This document shows, piece after piece, positions 19,866 to 29,771 of a stretch of 64,000 bases of DNA. The stretch is from positions 99,441 to 163,440 of the forward strand of contig JAVJQW010000048.1 of assembly GCA_040218735.1 (NCBI GenBank), read 5' to 3'. The notes under the pieces are model-generated. The model ran no database searches and was not told the origin of the DNA. It saw only the letters and a program-made list of their open reading frames with translations. Position 1 is the stretch's first letter, and every line of letters starts with the position of its first letter. A program made the translations under genes and the position numbers. The DNA comes from Deltaproteobacteria bacterium. Lineage in GTDB: Bacteria; Myxococcota; Kuafuiibacteriia; Kuafuiibacteriales; Kuafuiibacteriaceae.

Positions 19866-20323
19866 ATCGAGTCGAAGCCTACGCGCGGATGTACGAGACC
19901 ATCCGCTTGATCCTCGAAGAGGAGCAGGACTGGACGGCGGCGATGGCGACCGTCGCGTGCGAGCTCCACCACGCGTTCGCGTACTTCCACTGGACCGGCT
20001 TCTACCGGAACGTGGACGAGGAGCTCGTCATCGGACCGTACCAAGGCGGCCACGGTTGCCTCCGCATCACGTTCGACCGCGGCGTGTGCGGCGCGGCGGC
20101 GCGGACGAAACAGACGCAGCTCGTCGAGGACGTGCACCAGTTCGAGGGGCACATCGCTTGTTCGTCATCGACGAAGTCGGAGGTCGTCGTCCCCGTGCTG
20201 ACGCCCGACGGCCGGCTCCTCGCGGTGCTCGACATCGACTCGGACGACCCGGCGGCGTTCGACGCGCAGGATGCGAAGGGGCTGGAGACGATCGCTGCGT
20301 GGTTGGGGATGCGTTATGGGTGA
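19862..20323 (+). CDS. msrC: GAF-domain free methionine-(R)-sulfoxide reductase
   Basis: WTGFY, GPYQGGHGCLRI...GVCG, HIAC...SEVVVP, VLDIDS; the three Cys are present. Confidence 0.85.
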   Translation: MNRVEAYARMYETIRLILEEEQDWTAAMATVACELHHAFAYFHWTGFYRNVDEELVIGPYQGGHGCLRITFDRGVCGAAARTKQTQLVEDVHQFEGHIACSSSTKSEVVVPVLTPDGRLLAVLDIDSDDPAAFDAQDAKGLETIAAWLGMRYG

Positions 20324-20327
20324 GCCG

Positions 20328-20747
20328 ATGAACCGAACCGGGAAGTGCCTGTGCGGCGCGGTGCAGTACACCGCGAAGGGCGTGAAGTCCGAGATGAGCG
20401 CGTGCCACTGCGGAATGTGCCGCCGCTGGGCCGGCGGCCCGTTCCTCGCGGTGAGCTGCGACGAGGTCGACTGGTCGGCGGGCGCCACGCCGAAGGTGCT
20501 GAAGACCTCCGCCTGGGCGGAGCGCGGCTTCTGTGAGGCGTGCGGCTCGGCGATGTTCTACCGCATCACCGCGGATGGCCCGATGAAGGGCGCGACCACC
20601 GTCGCGTTCGGGACGCTCGACGATCAGGCGGGCTTCGCGATCGTGCGCGAGTGGTACATCGATCTGAAGCCGGACGCGTACACGCTGGAGGGCGAGCGCG
20701 AGGGTCTCACCGAGGCGCAGATCAACGCGATGTTCTCGATGGGTTAG
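20328..20747 (+). CDS. GFA/CENP-V family zinc-binding protein
   Basis: GKCLCGAVQY, CHCGMCRR, ERGFCEACGS. Confidence 0.9.
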   Translation: MNRTGKCLCGAVQYTAKGVKSEMSACHCGMCRRWAGGPFLAVSCDEVDWSAGATPKVLKTSAWAERGFCEACGSAMFYRITADGPMKGATTVAFGTLDDQAGFAIVREWYIDLKPDAYTLEGEREGLTEAQINAMFSMG

Positions 20748-21976
20748 AGCGCCTCGAGGTCGGCGTCCGAGACGAGGAAGATCGGCGTGGACGACGCTTC
20801 GCGCCGGTCGAGGATCGGGCGCGGGATGCCTTGCGTCGGTTCGTCGTCGAGGAGGTCGTCGATCGCGACGGCCGGGCCGGCTTCGCGGAGGGTCTCGGTG
20901 TACGGCCCCGGGTGTGCGGCCTCGGGCGCGGGGTGTTCGTCGAAGAGCGGGGCGGCCTGCTGTGCCGACTGCTCGGCGAAGGCTTCGGCTTCGAACACGC
21001 CGTTGCGTGTGAAGAACCGCGCGAGGATCCACGGGCGGACCGCGCCGCCGACGCGGGTGAGCCAGCCATCGAGCGCGAGCGCCATCTCGGCGGCGTCGTG
21101 GAAGCGGCGCTGCGGTGAGAACTGCGTCGCGCGCTGGATGACGTAGACGAGGTCGGCGGGGACGCCGGCGCTCGCGAGCTCGCCGTAGTCGGGGCCTTCC
21201 TTCACGACGCGCTGGAGCGCTTCGACGAGCGTCGCGCCCGGGAAGCACTCGCGGCCGGTGACGAGCTCGAACAGCATCACCCCCAACCCGTAGACGTCGG
21301 TCTGCGCGGTGCACTTGTCGCCCGCGATGTACTCCGGCGCGAAGTACGCCGGCGCGCCGCGGAGGCGACCGTGGTTCGTCATCGGCTGCGCGCGGTGGCG
21401 CATCTGTGCGTGGGCGTGGCCCGTCACCTTGATCTGACCGCGGCGGGTGATCAGGACGTGGCGCGGGTGCAGTGTGCGGTGGACGATCTCGAGCGGACGC
21501 CCCGTGGCGTCGTGCGCGGTGTGGCTCGCGTGCAGCGTCCACGCGATCTCGGACGCGACGTACGCGGCGACCTCGAACGCAAACAGCGTCCCTTGTCGCG
21601 CGAGGTGCTGCAGCGCGAGGTCGAGGTGCGCGCCTTCGATGAACTCGTGAACGAGGTGCGCGCCTTCGCTGTCTTCGACGAAGTCGATCAGCGTGGGCAC
21701 CCCAGGGTGTTCGATCGCGAGGAGCGCCTGCGCTTCGTCGAACAGCATGTCGCGCCCGACGCCGTAGCGATGGTCGCTCGCGAGGATGCGCTTCACGCCG
21801 ACGCGCTTCGCGAGGCCGGCCGATGCAACTTGTCTTGCGAGGAAGCGATCGAAGGGGGCTTCGGAAGCGACGGGCGCGAGGAGCTGGTACTGGCCGCCGA
21901 TCAGGAGGTGTCGATTGCGCCGCGCCTCGTCGAGATCGATGGCACGCCACGGGTCGCTCTTCGGATAGGAGACCAT
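20744..21976 (-). CDS. Ser/Thr protein kinase-like protein, probable pseudokinase
   Basis: Kinase landmarks VGVK, DEA, FAPE and TDVYGLG present; Gly-rich loop, HRD (HRT) and DFG (GHA) are lost. Confidence 0.8.
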   Translation of the reverse strand: MVSYPKSDPWRAIDLDEARRNRHLLIGGQYQLLAPVASEAPFDRFLARQVASAGLAKRVGVKRILASDHRYGVGRDMLFDEAQALLAIEHPGVPTLIDFVEDSEGAHLVHEFIEGAHLDLALQHLARQGTLFAFEVAAYVASEIAWTLHASHTAHDATGRPLEIVHRTLHPRHVLITRRGQIKVTGHAHAQMRHRAQPMTNHGRLRGAPAYFAPEYIAGDKCTAQTDVYGLGVMLFELVTGRECFPGATLVEALQRVVKEGPDYGELASAGVPADLVYVIQRATQFSPQRRFHDAAEMALALDGWLTRVGGAVRPWILARFFTRNGVFEAEAFAEQSAQQAAPLFDEHPAPEAAHPGPYTETLREAGPAVAIDDLLDDEPTQGIPRPILDRREASSTPIFLVSDADLEAL

Positions 21977-22082
21977 CGCGCGCTTTCGATTATCGGCGAA
22001 AGCGCGTCGGAATTGCTTACGGTCCCTTACGGCAACTGTCCGATGTCACACGGACTTCGCGTCGCGAACCGAGACGGATGAC

Positions 22083-22730
22083 TCAATCTTCGACGAATGC
22101 GGCGTCGGGCGGGAGGTCCAGCCGGCTCTTCTGGAAGCCAAACCAGTAGGTGACTTCGAGGCCGAGCATCACGCCGCCCGTCACGAGATCTCCACCTGGG
22201 AACAGAATACCTTCGAGGAAGCCGGTGAAGGCGAAGCCCCCCGTCTCGTACTTATCGGGTTCGTACCAGGGGAAGAGCTCGTAGCTGACGCCGAGGGTGT
22301 ACACCGCGCCGAACGCGCCCGGGGGATCGTTGTCGCGCTCTTCACCTTCGGCGCGCGTGACGCCTCCGCCGCCCACGCCGATGCTGCCTCGGATCGCGAA
22401 GTCCTCGCCGGGCAGCGGCGTCAGCTGCATCTCGAGCGACAAGGCAGCGAAGCCGCCGGCCCACTCGTCGTTGCTCCCGCCCGCGTTGTTGATCGCGAGG
22501 CCGATGCCGAGTTTGTCGTTCACGACCTGGCCGAAGCGCAGGGTGAAGCCGCCGCCGAGGAACAGACCGAGGTTGCCGATGTCGTCGTCGCTCGAGGTGA
22601 GCAGCGCCTGTCGCAACCCACCGCCGATGTAGAAGCCCTGGCGCGCCGCCGGCTTCAGCAGCTCCTGCGCCGAAGCCGTCACGGGCGCCGACGCGGCGAG
22701 CGCGAGGAGCAGTGCCGTCGTACGCATCAT
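22083..22730 (-). CDS. Small exported beta-barrel-like protein
   Basis: Signal peptide MMRTTALLLALAASAPVTASA, Gly/aromatic alternating strands; ATG overlaps the TBDR stop. Confidence 0.7.
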   Translation of the reverse strand: MMRTTALLLALAASAPVTASAQELLKPAARQGFYIGGGLRQALLTSSDDDIGNLGLFLGGGFTLRFGQVVNDKLGIGLAINNAGGSNDEWAGGFAALSLEMQLTPLPGEDFAIRGSIGVGGGGVTRAEGEERDNDPPGAFGAVYTLGVSYELFPWYEPDKYETGGFAFTGFLEGILFPGGDLVTGGVMLGLEVTYWFGFQKSRLDLPPDAAFVED

Positions 22731-25396
22731 CAGAACTCTCCTCGCACGCCGAGGATCGGGAAGATCGGCAGCCCTTGAATCGGCGTTCGCTGTGAGTAGT
22801 CGAAGCTGTACTGGAAGCCTTCCGTGTTCGTACGGTTGTACGAGTTGATCAGGCTCAGGTACGCGGTGAGTTTCCAGTAGTCGAACACCCAGGACTTGTC
22901 GACGCGCAGGTCGAGCTGGTGGAACAGCGGCAGGCGGTCCGAGTTCACGGGGCCCGACACCGGGTCGTACTGGTCGATGGCGTCGTTGTACACGGCGTCG
23001 ATGAACGGCGTGTACGGGTTGCCGGACACGAGGCGCCAGCGCAGCCCGATCTCCCAGTTCTCGGGCAGAACGTAGGACGCGACGATCGCGAGGATGTGGG
23101 TCTGGTCGAAGTCGAACAGGCGCGTCGGCTCGTTCGGACCGTCCTGACGCTGCGCACGGTTGAGCGTGTACGTGAGCCAGCCGCGGAAGTTGTCGTTGAA
23201 CTTGTGCTCGAGGAACAGCTCGAAGCCGTACACCTGGCCGAGGCCAATGTTGTCGACGTTGACCGGCGCCGGGACCCGAACCACGAGATCCTGCAGGTCC
23301 TTGTAGAAGACCGTGCCGTCGATCTTGATGTGGTCGAGCGGGTACCACTCCGCACCGAGCGAGTACTGCACGCCACGAATCAGCGCGAGGTTCGGGTTGC
23401 CGAACACCGGGTCCGTGTCGACCGGCTCCGGCGCCTGGTGCACGACGCCGACGCCGGCCTTCGCGGTCCACTGGTCGGTGAGTTTGTAGCGCGCGACGAT
23501 GCGGGGGTCGACGCTGAAGCTGTCGGTGTCCTGGAAGTAGTCGAAGCGAACGCCCGGCACGAGCTGCAGGTCACCGAACTGCATCACCGCTTCGAAGTAC
23601 GGCGCGATCGCATGATCCCACACGCCTTCGACCTTCGTGAACAGGGTGTCCGTCGCGTTGGTGTTCCCGACCGGCTCACCCTCGCGCGGCGGTCGCGGCG
23701 CGAGCACTTCCACGTCCGCGAGGAACGCGCGGTAGTCCACGCCGAACGTCACCGTCAGCCAGTCCTCCAGCTCCCAGTCGAACGCGTTGCGCACCTGGAA
23801 CGAGTACGACTCCAGCTCGAAGCGGAACTGGTCGCCGAGCCGGAACCCGAGCGCGTCACGACCGACCGCGAGGGTGAGTTTGTTTCGAACCTTCTCAGAC
23901 GGCGTGTAGTTGTACTCGAGGGTGCCGCGCTGGAAGTTCGTCCCGAGCGACAGGTTCGCGGACTGGAACTGCGGGCTGATCTCCGCGGGGTTCTCGAAGA
24001 GCAGCTCGAAGATGTCGTCCGAGCCGAGGAAGTAGAACCGAAGCTCGTGTTTTGCGCTCGGCCGCCAGTTCGCGAGCACGTGGTAGTCGTAGTAACGCGG
24101 CGCGCTGACCAGCGACACACTCGCGTCGTCCGGCGTGACCGCACTGATGACGCTGCCGATGTAGCTGCGGCGCCCGGCGACCGCGATGGCGGCGTTGTCG
24201 CCGATCGGCATCTCCAGGAACAGCGACGAGTCGAGCAGACTCACCTCCAGCGCACCGTGGAGTTGGTCCGGCTTCAGGCGTCGGATATGTCCGTCGAAGA
24301 CGCCGCCGGTCGCGCGCCCGTACTTTACGGAGAAGTTGCCGGGGTAGAAGTCGATCGAGTCGATGACGTCGGCCGGCAGCACGCTCTTCAGGCCGCCGAA
24401 GTGATAGATGATCGGGATCTCGACGCCGTCGACGTACACGCCCGTGTCCTGCGGCCCCGAGCCACGCACGATGATCTGACCGCCACCCGAACGCGCCACA
24501 CCCGGGAGGTTCTCGACCACTTGCACCGGGTCGCCGAGCGTACCCGGCACACGAACGATCTCCGCGGCGGTCAACGTGCGGCGGTTGACCTCCTTCTTCA
24601 CGCGCGTCGCTTCGACCACCACGTCGTACGGGTTGTAGCTGCCCTTCTCGATGTAATAGGTGACGTCGGTCGCCTGGTTCACGACGACCGTCTCCGCCGT
24701 GCGCAGCGGGTAGTAACCGGGGGCCTCCGCGAGCACCTTCCACTGCCCGGGTGTCAGGTCGTAGAACTCGAACTTGCCCTCGTCGTTCGTGACCGCCTCG
24801 TAGCCGCCGGCTTCGCCCCCTTCGGTTCGGAACACCGTGACCACCGCACCGACGACGAGCGTTCGGGTGCCGCGCTCGCGCAGCGTTCCGGAGAAGTTGA
24901 CGATGCCCGGCCCGGGCTCTTCCGCGACGGTCGCCGTGCTCACCGTGGACGGCGGGGGCGGCAACGGCTGGGGCGGGAGCGAGAAGTTGTACGTGAACGG
25001 GATGCGCACCGGCACCGGGACGCCTCCGGCCTCCGCCGGTTCGAACGTCATCTGCGCGACGGCCGTCGTCGCGGAGGCGACGAAGCCCCAGTCGGTGATG
25101 GTCGACGAGCGCACCACGCCGAGGATCTCGGCGGTCGTCGCGGAGAGCGTCTCGGCGGTCGTCGCCGACGACACCACGATGACATTCTCGACCGAACCCT
25201 CGGCCGACAGATCGATCTGCAAGACAACTTGCGCCGCCATGCGGTCGCGCAGCGCGGTGGGCGGGTAGACCGCCTCGACGAACTCCTTGATCTTCGGGAG
25301 CTTCGTGATCGGCGCGTCCTCGGGGGGCGCCTCCTGAGCGGAGGCCGCCACCGGCGCGAAGAGGAGCGCCAGCGTGAACAGGGCAGTGTGTTTCAT
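22730..25396 (-). CDS. TonB-dependent receptor with N-terminal TonB C-terminal-like and carboxypeptidase-regulatory-like domains
   Basis: AVYPPTAL...FEPAEAGGVPVPVRIPFTYNF; plug motifs VVENLPGV, IVRGSGPQDT, IDFYPGNFSVKYG; C-terminal GVRGEF. Confidence 0.92.
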   Translation of the reverse strand: MKHTALFTLALLFAPVAASAQEAPPEDAPITKLPKIKEFVEAVYPPTALRDRMAAQVVLQIDLSAEGSVENVIVVSSATTAETLSATTAEILGVVRSSTITDWGFVASATTAVAQMTFEPAEAGGVPVPVRIPFTYNFSLPPQPLPPPPSTVSTATVAEEPGPGIVNFSGTLRERGTRTLVVGAVVTVFRTEGGEAGGYEAVTNDEGKFEFYDLTPGQWKVLAEAPGYYPLRTAETVVVNQATDVTYYIEKGSYNPYDVVVEATRVKKEVNRRTLTAAEIVRVPGTLGDPVQVVENLPGVARSGGGQIIVRGSGPQDTGVYVDGVEIPIIYHFGGLKSVLPADVIDSIDFYPGNFSVKYGRATGGVFDGHIRRLKPDQLHGALEVSLLDSSLFLEMPIGDNAAIAVAGRRSYIGSVISAVTPDDASVSLVSAPRYYDYHVLANWRPSAKHELRFYFLGSDDIFELLFENPAEISPQFQSANLSLGTNFQRGTLEYNYTPSEKVRNKLTLAVGRDALGFRLGDQFRFELESYSFQVRNAFDWELEDWLTVTFGVDYRAFLADVEVLAPRPPREGEPVGNTNATDTLFTKVEGVWDHAIAPYFEAVMQFGDLQLVPGVRFDYFQDTDSFSVDPRIVARYKLTDQWTAKAGVGVVHQAPEPVDTDPVFGNPNLALIRGVQYSLGAEWYPLDHIKIDGTVFYKDLQDLVVRVPAPVNVDNIGLGQVYGFELFLEHKFNDNFRGWLTYTLNRAQRQDGPNEPTRLFDFDQTHILAIVASYVLPENWEIGLRWRLVSGNPYTPFIDAVYNDAIDQYDPVSGPVNSDRLPLFHQLDLRVDKSWVFDYWKLTAYLSLINSYNRTNTEGFQYSFDYSQRTPIQGLPIFPILGVRGEF

Positions 25397-25397
25397 C

Positions 25398-26372
25398 TTA
25401 CTGGAGCCTCACTGTCCGCCGCAGCCACGAAGTGCCGCCCCGCCCGTCCCTGACCACCACGATGACCTCCGCCGTGTCGTCCTCGAAGTCGACCTCGGCC
25501 GGTATCGACCACACGTTCGACTGCGCGATGTCGATCGGCACCTGCCCGTCGATGAACCCCGTGCGACCGCTGTCCAACTCGCCGCCGCGCACGAACCAGG
25601 TGACGGTGAGGACCTCCCGAACCGTCTCGTCCATCATCGTCGCGGGGTCTTCGCGTGTGAACGACTGGGACTGCGCCTCGGTGAGGTCCAGCGTCAGCGC
25701 GTAGTCGCTCGAGCGCTCGAGCGTCTGCGGTGTGTCGAGATCGAGTGTCTCGCCGTCACCCTCACCGTCCTCGTTGGTGTCGAGCGACGCCGACATCCCC
25801 GTCGCGACGGGGTTCGTGTTCACCTCCGCGCCGAACCCGAACACCAGCTGAACCTCCTTCACCGCGACGATCCGCTCGGTGCCGTTCGACACCTCCACGC
25901 GGATCGTGATCGGAAGGCGGTTGTCACACGACGGGATGCTCACGAACGCCGGCACGTCGTCGATCATCGTCAGCGCATCACAGAAGCCCTGAACGACCAG
26001 CTCGTCGAAGGGGTACGTGAAGCCCACCGTCGCGGTCGTCCCGAGCTCGAACGGCGGCACGACGATCGGCACCGGCGCCTCGAACATGTCGATCTGCGCT
26101 TGCAGCTCGTCGCGGGTCACCGCGCACTCGTAGCCGCCCGCCGAGCCGGACGTGAACGGGCACCAACTCCAGTCGAACGTTACTCCGGTGGTCGTCGACG
26201 TGTCGGACGCGAGCAGCACGCTCATCTCGGCGGTCTCTTCGGGGAGGATCCACGGTTTGTCGGCGCCCACCGCGAGCAGTCGGAAACCTTCGATCTCGTT
26301 GTAGCTCGGCAGCTCGTCCATGCAGCCGGCCGCGCCGCACACCAGCGCGATGAGGCAGAGTCGTTTCTTCAT
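25398..26372 (-). CDS. Lipoprotein associated with the TonB-dependent receptor
   Basis: Lipobox GAAGC, FRLLAVGADKP, C-terminal VVVRDGRGGTSW; lies within the operon. Confidence 0.75.
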   Translation of the reverse strand: MKKRLCLIALVCGAAGCMDELPSYNEIEGFRLLAVGADKPWILPEETAEMSVLLASDTSTTTGVTFDWSWCPFTSGSAGGYECAVTRDELQAQIDMFEAPVPIVVPPFELGTTATVGFTYPFDELVVQGFCDALTMIDDVPAFVSIPSCDNRLPITIRVEVSNGTERIVAVKEVQLVFGFGAEVNTNPVATGMSASLDTNEDGEGDGETLDLDTPQTLERSSDYALTLDLTEAQSQSFTREDPATMMDETVREVLTVTWFVRGGELDSGRTGFIDGQVPIDIAQSNVWSIPAEVDFEDDTAEVIVVVRDGRGGTSWLRRTVRLQ

Positions 26373-26375
26373 CAG

Positions 26376-27320
26376 TCAGTCCGAGAACGTGAAGCGGTAG
26401 GAGAAGGAGAGCGTGTGTTTCACCGGCTTGCCGCCTCGCGTGGCCGGCTCGAACAGCGTGGCTTTCGCCGCGGCGAGCGCGGCGTCGTTGAACTTGGGGT
26501 AGGGCGACGGACGCAGCACCTTCACGTCGCCGGTGCGGCCGTCCTCGAGCACGGTCACCTGCACGGTCACGATGCCCTCGAGGTTCTGCGCGCGGTACTC
26601 CTCGGGGTACTTCGGCTCCACGCGTTTCTTGTACTTGGGCGCGACGAACTTCACGTTCGCCACGGGCACGCGCGTCGCGCGGCGGTTCACCTTCGCGGGG
26701 GGCGGCGGCGGCGCGTTGGTCTTCGGAAGCTCCTTGACCTCGGTCTTCTCCGCGGCCGTCTTCTCGGTCGTGCCCATCCGCGTGTTGCCGACCGCGAACG
26801 ACGGGCCTTCTCCACCGCCGACCGTCGACTCCAGGCTCAGCCCGACGATGCGCCGGGGCGGCGGCTTGTCGGAGGGCGGCGGCGGCGGCGGCGCGTCCTT
26901 CGGGACGTCGATCGGATCCGGCGGCGGTGGCTCGGTCTTCTTCGGCTTCGGCTCGGGCTTCGGTTTGGGCTTCGGCTTCTCGGGCTCCGGCTCCGGTTCC
27001 GGCTCGGGCTCCACTTCGACGGGCGGCGGCGGCGGGGGCGGCGGCTCCTGCTTCACGACCGCCATCTCGATCGGCTCGTTGTCGATCGTGTTGTCGGGCC
27101 CCGCGCCGCGCATCACCGTCGCGGCAATCCCGAGGCTCACGAGCGCGACCACGTGCAGCACACCGGCGAGCACCACGACGCCGCCGACCCAGCCGAGCTT
27201 CTTCGCGAACGAAGGCTCCGCGTGGATGAGCGGATCCTGCGCCTTGAGCTCGGCGGGGATCGGGGCCTTAACCCGGGCGACGGCGCGCGCGCGCCGCTCG
27301 GCTCGCGTCGGCTTCTTCAT
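26376..27320 (-). CDS. tonB: Energy transducer TonB
   Basis: Single TM with His, EP/KP-rich linker, C-terminal PKYPEEYRAQNLEGIVTVQVTV...FEPATRGGKPV. Confidence 0.9.
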   Translation of the reverse strand: MKKPTRAERRARAVARVKAPIPAELKAQDPLIHAEPSFAKKLGWVGGVVVLAGVLHVVALVSLGIAATVMRGAGPDNTIDNEPIEMAVVKQEPPPPPPPPVEVEPEPEPEPEPEKPKPKPKPEPKPKKTEPPPPDPIDVPKDAPPPPPPSDKPPPRRIVGLSLESTVGGGEGPSFAVGNTRMGTTEKTAAEKTEVKELPKTNAPPPPPAKVNRRATRVPVANVKFVAPKYKKRVEPKYPEEYRAQNLEGIVTVQVTVLEDGRTGDVKVLRPSPYPKFNDAALAAAKATLFEPATRGGKPVKHTLSFSYRFTFSD

Positions 27321-27322
27321 CA

Positions 27323-27781
27323 CTACTCGCTGCCGACCTCGTCCGTGAGTGTGTCGTCCTTCGCGGCGTCGAGCGTCGGCGTGCGCTCGATGTTCAGCGC
27401 GAAGCTCTTCACGCCGTTCGCCTTCACGATGTCGATCACGCGCACCACGTTGCCGTACGGCACGCCCTTGTCGGCGGCGATGACGGCCTGCAGCTTGTCG
27501 TTCGCCTTCTTCTGCGTCTGCGTCTCTTTCGCGAGCGCGTCCTCGGTGATCGCGTTGCCGTCGAGGTAGATCGTGCCGTCCTTCGTGACCACGACGTTCA
27601 GCGTGGACTCCACCGCGCTACCGCCGCTGGCGGCCTTCGGCAGGTCCACCTTGAACGACGCCTTCACGATGTGCGTCGACGTCACCATCAAGATGATGAG
27701 GAGCACGAGCACGATGTCGACGAACGGCGTGACGTTGATCGCGGAGATCGCCTCGTCGTCGTTGTTCGCTGCGCCGGCCAT
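27323..27781 (-). CDS. exbD: Biopolymer transport protein ExbD/TolR
   Basis: INVTPFVDIVLVLLIILMV, IAADKGVPYGNVVRVID. Confidence 0.93.
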   Translation of the reverse strand: MAGAANNDDEAISAINVTPFVDIVLVLLIILMVTSTHIVKASFKVDLPKAASGGSAVESTLNVVVTKDGTIYLDGNAITEDALAKETQTQKKANDKLQAVIAADKGVPYGNVVRVIDIVKANGVKSFALNIERTPTLDAAKDDTLTDEVGSE

Positions 27782-27785
27782 CCGC

Positions 27786-28436
27786 TCAGCTCCCCGACGC
27801 GCCCTCGGCCTTGAGCGAGGACAACAGCGTTCGGCTCAGGAGCTCGCCGTTCGACGCACGCTCCTTCACCTTCCCGATGAAGTAGTTGTAGGCGATGACC
27901 GCCGGGATCGCGACGAGCAGCCCGACCGCGGTCGCGATCAGCGCCTCGGAGATACCGGCCATCACCGTGCCCGACGCGTCCGCCATGTTGCCCGCGAGAT
28001 CGCGGAACGCGCGGATGATGCCGAGCACCGTACCGAACAGTCCGATGAACGGCGCGTTCGATCCGACCGTCGCGAGGAAGCTCAGGCGACGCTGGTAGCG
28101 CAACCGCTCACGGCTCTCGGCGCCTGCGAGCAGGTCCTGCACCGAGTCCGGGCCCTTTTCGTACTCACGCAGCCCGAACAGGACCACGTTGGTCTCGAGA
28201 CTGTCGTACTTCGACAGGAACGCCGCGGCGCCGGCGAAGTCACCGGCGTCGAGCAGGCGGTTCAGCTCCGTCCGCACCGCGTCGCTGTCGATCGTGTGCT
28301 TCGAGTAGAACACGAAGCGTTCGACCATCACCGCGACCGACACGAGCGACATGACGATCAGCAGCCAGAGCACCCACTCCGCTTCGAAGATCGGAAGACC
28401 GACCAGAACTCCAACGATGCCACCTGTCTCACCCAT
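27786..28436 (-). CDS. exbB: MotA/TolQ/ExbB proton channel
   Basis: LATVGSNAPFIGLFGTVLGII, GISEALIATAVGLLVAIPA. Confidence 0.93.
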   Translation of the reverse strand: MGETGGIVGVLVGLPIFEAEWVLWLLIVMSLVSVAVMVERFVFYSKHTIDSDAVRTELNRLLDAGDFAGAAAFLSKYDSLETNVVLFGLREYEKGPDSVQDLLAGAESRERLRYQRRLSFLATVGSNAPFIGLFGTVLGIIRAFRDLAGNMADASGTVMAGISEALIATAVGLLVAIPAVIAYNYFIGKVKERASNGELLSRTLLSSLKAEGASGS

Positions 28437-28514
28437 GACGACGGCGTCTCCTTACTCGATCTGGGAACGGGAGGTCGACCTTTCGGTCAATCCACCCTCC
28501 GTGCCCGGGTTTTC

Positions 28515-29771
28515 TCAGTGAAACAGGCGCGCCGCGGCGACGAAGCCGTGACGTGACCGCGACAGACGCAGGACGAGCCGCTCCGCGAGCCGCGTGATGC
28601 TCCCGTACGTGAAACGCACCATCGCGAGCCGCGCGGCGTCGATCGGGGCGCCGTCGCGAGCGCGGCTGCGCGCCGCGAGCGCTTCGAACAGGTGCGGCAA
28701 TTGGACGCGGGCCGTGAGCCCGTCCCCGAGGGCCTTCGGCGCCTCCCGCAAACCCCGTTCCGATTTGCCGAAGGTGATCGCGACCACGCGACCCCGCACC
28801 GCCACGCGCGCCCCGGGGTAGATCGGGGCGGTCGTAGGGGCCTTCGACGAACATGATCCGAGCGCTTCGCACAGCTGCGTGGCGCGCCGTGCATCCTTCG
28901 ACTCGATGGCGACGACGAAACCGCCATCTTTCTCGAGGATGGCTTCGACTCGCCCGGTCACGAACGTTTCGTGGTCGGATCCTATGCCGAGACTCGCCAA
29001 GATTTTCTTCACCCCGGCACGCGGCACGTTCGCGGCGACCTCGACCACCGCTTCGCCGTCCTCCAAGAAGCGCCGAGCGCCGGACTTGGCGACGAGATCC
29101 CCCAACTCGGAGGTCGCGAACGCATCCAGCGCGAGGCGGGCGTCGAGATCCGTCGTCGCCTCCGCGAGCTTCGCCGTCAGCTCCAGCGACGTGACGTGTT
29201 CGACGTTGCGCACGGTGACGGCGACGTCGCCCTTCGCCCTCGGGATACGCCGCGGCGCCTCCCGCACCAGCCCCGCCATCACGGGCCCCTCCCGCTCGAT
29301 CAGCTTCTGGGTGTCGGCCCGCCCCAGCCCGAGCGCCCGCGTCGCCCGAATCGCGAACAGACGCGCGCCGTCGCGACGGAGGATCGTCTGCCAGCGCCGG
29401 TTCGCGCCGATCACCACGTGCTCCCCCTCCACCACCACGTCCGAGCCTTCGGGCGGCGCGCGCACGGCGTCGTCGAAGCGCTTCGGTGCCGCGAGCCGCG
29501 CGAGCAGGAGCGGACGGGCGTCCGCGCGGACGCGCACGAGTCGGATCGGCGCCGACACGTCGACGCCGAGCTTCTCGAGCGCCACGGGATCGAAGGGATC
29601 GACGAGCCCCCCCGCGAGCCGACGGGTCCGCGGCACGTCGAAGCGCGGGTCCACCGCGGACATCGCGGTGAGGAGCCGTGGAAGGACCGGGAGGGTCTGC
29701 TTCGGGCGGGCGACGACCACGTCGACCGCGGGCGGCGGCGCCGCGAGCAGGAGGAGGAGCGCGGGGATCAC
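28515..29771 (-). CDS. Hypothetical exported protein
   Basis: Short signal-like N-terminus MIPALLLLLAAPP; start overlaps the upstream stop (GTGA). Confidence 0.65.
   Translation of the reverse strand: MIPALLLLLAAPPPAVDVVVARPKQTLPVLPRLLTAMSAVDPRFDVPRTRRLAGGLVDPFDPVALEKLGVDVSAPIRLVRVRADARPLLLARLAAPKRFDDAVRAPPEGSDVVVEGEHVVIGANRRWQTILRRDGARLFAIRATRALGLGRADTQKLIEREGPVMAGLVREAPRRIPRAKGDVAVTVRNVEHVTSLELTAKLAEATTDLDARLALDAFATSELGDLVAKSGARRFLEDGEAVVEVAANVPRAGVKKILASLGIGSDHETFVTGRVEAILEKDGGFVVAIESKDARRATQLCEALGSCSSKAPTTAPIYPGARVAVRGRVVAITFGKSERGLREAPKALGDGLTARVQLPHLFEALAARSRARDGAPIDAARLAMVRFTYGSITRLAERLVLRLSRSRHGFVAAARLFH

Noticed and set aside
26860-27050. Short tandem DNA repeats in tonB
   Set aside because: They encode the ordinary EP/KP/Pro-rich TonB linker.
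28437-28514. Riboswitch or sigma54 promoter upstream of exbB
   Set aside because: Only a small GACC-GAAA-GGTC hairpin is present; the GGCACG box has GG rather than GC at -12; too short for a cobalamin riboswitch.
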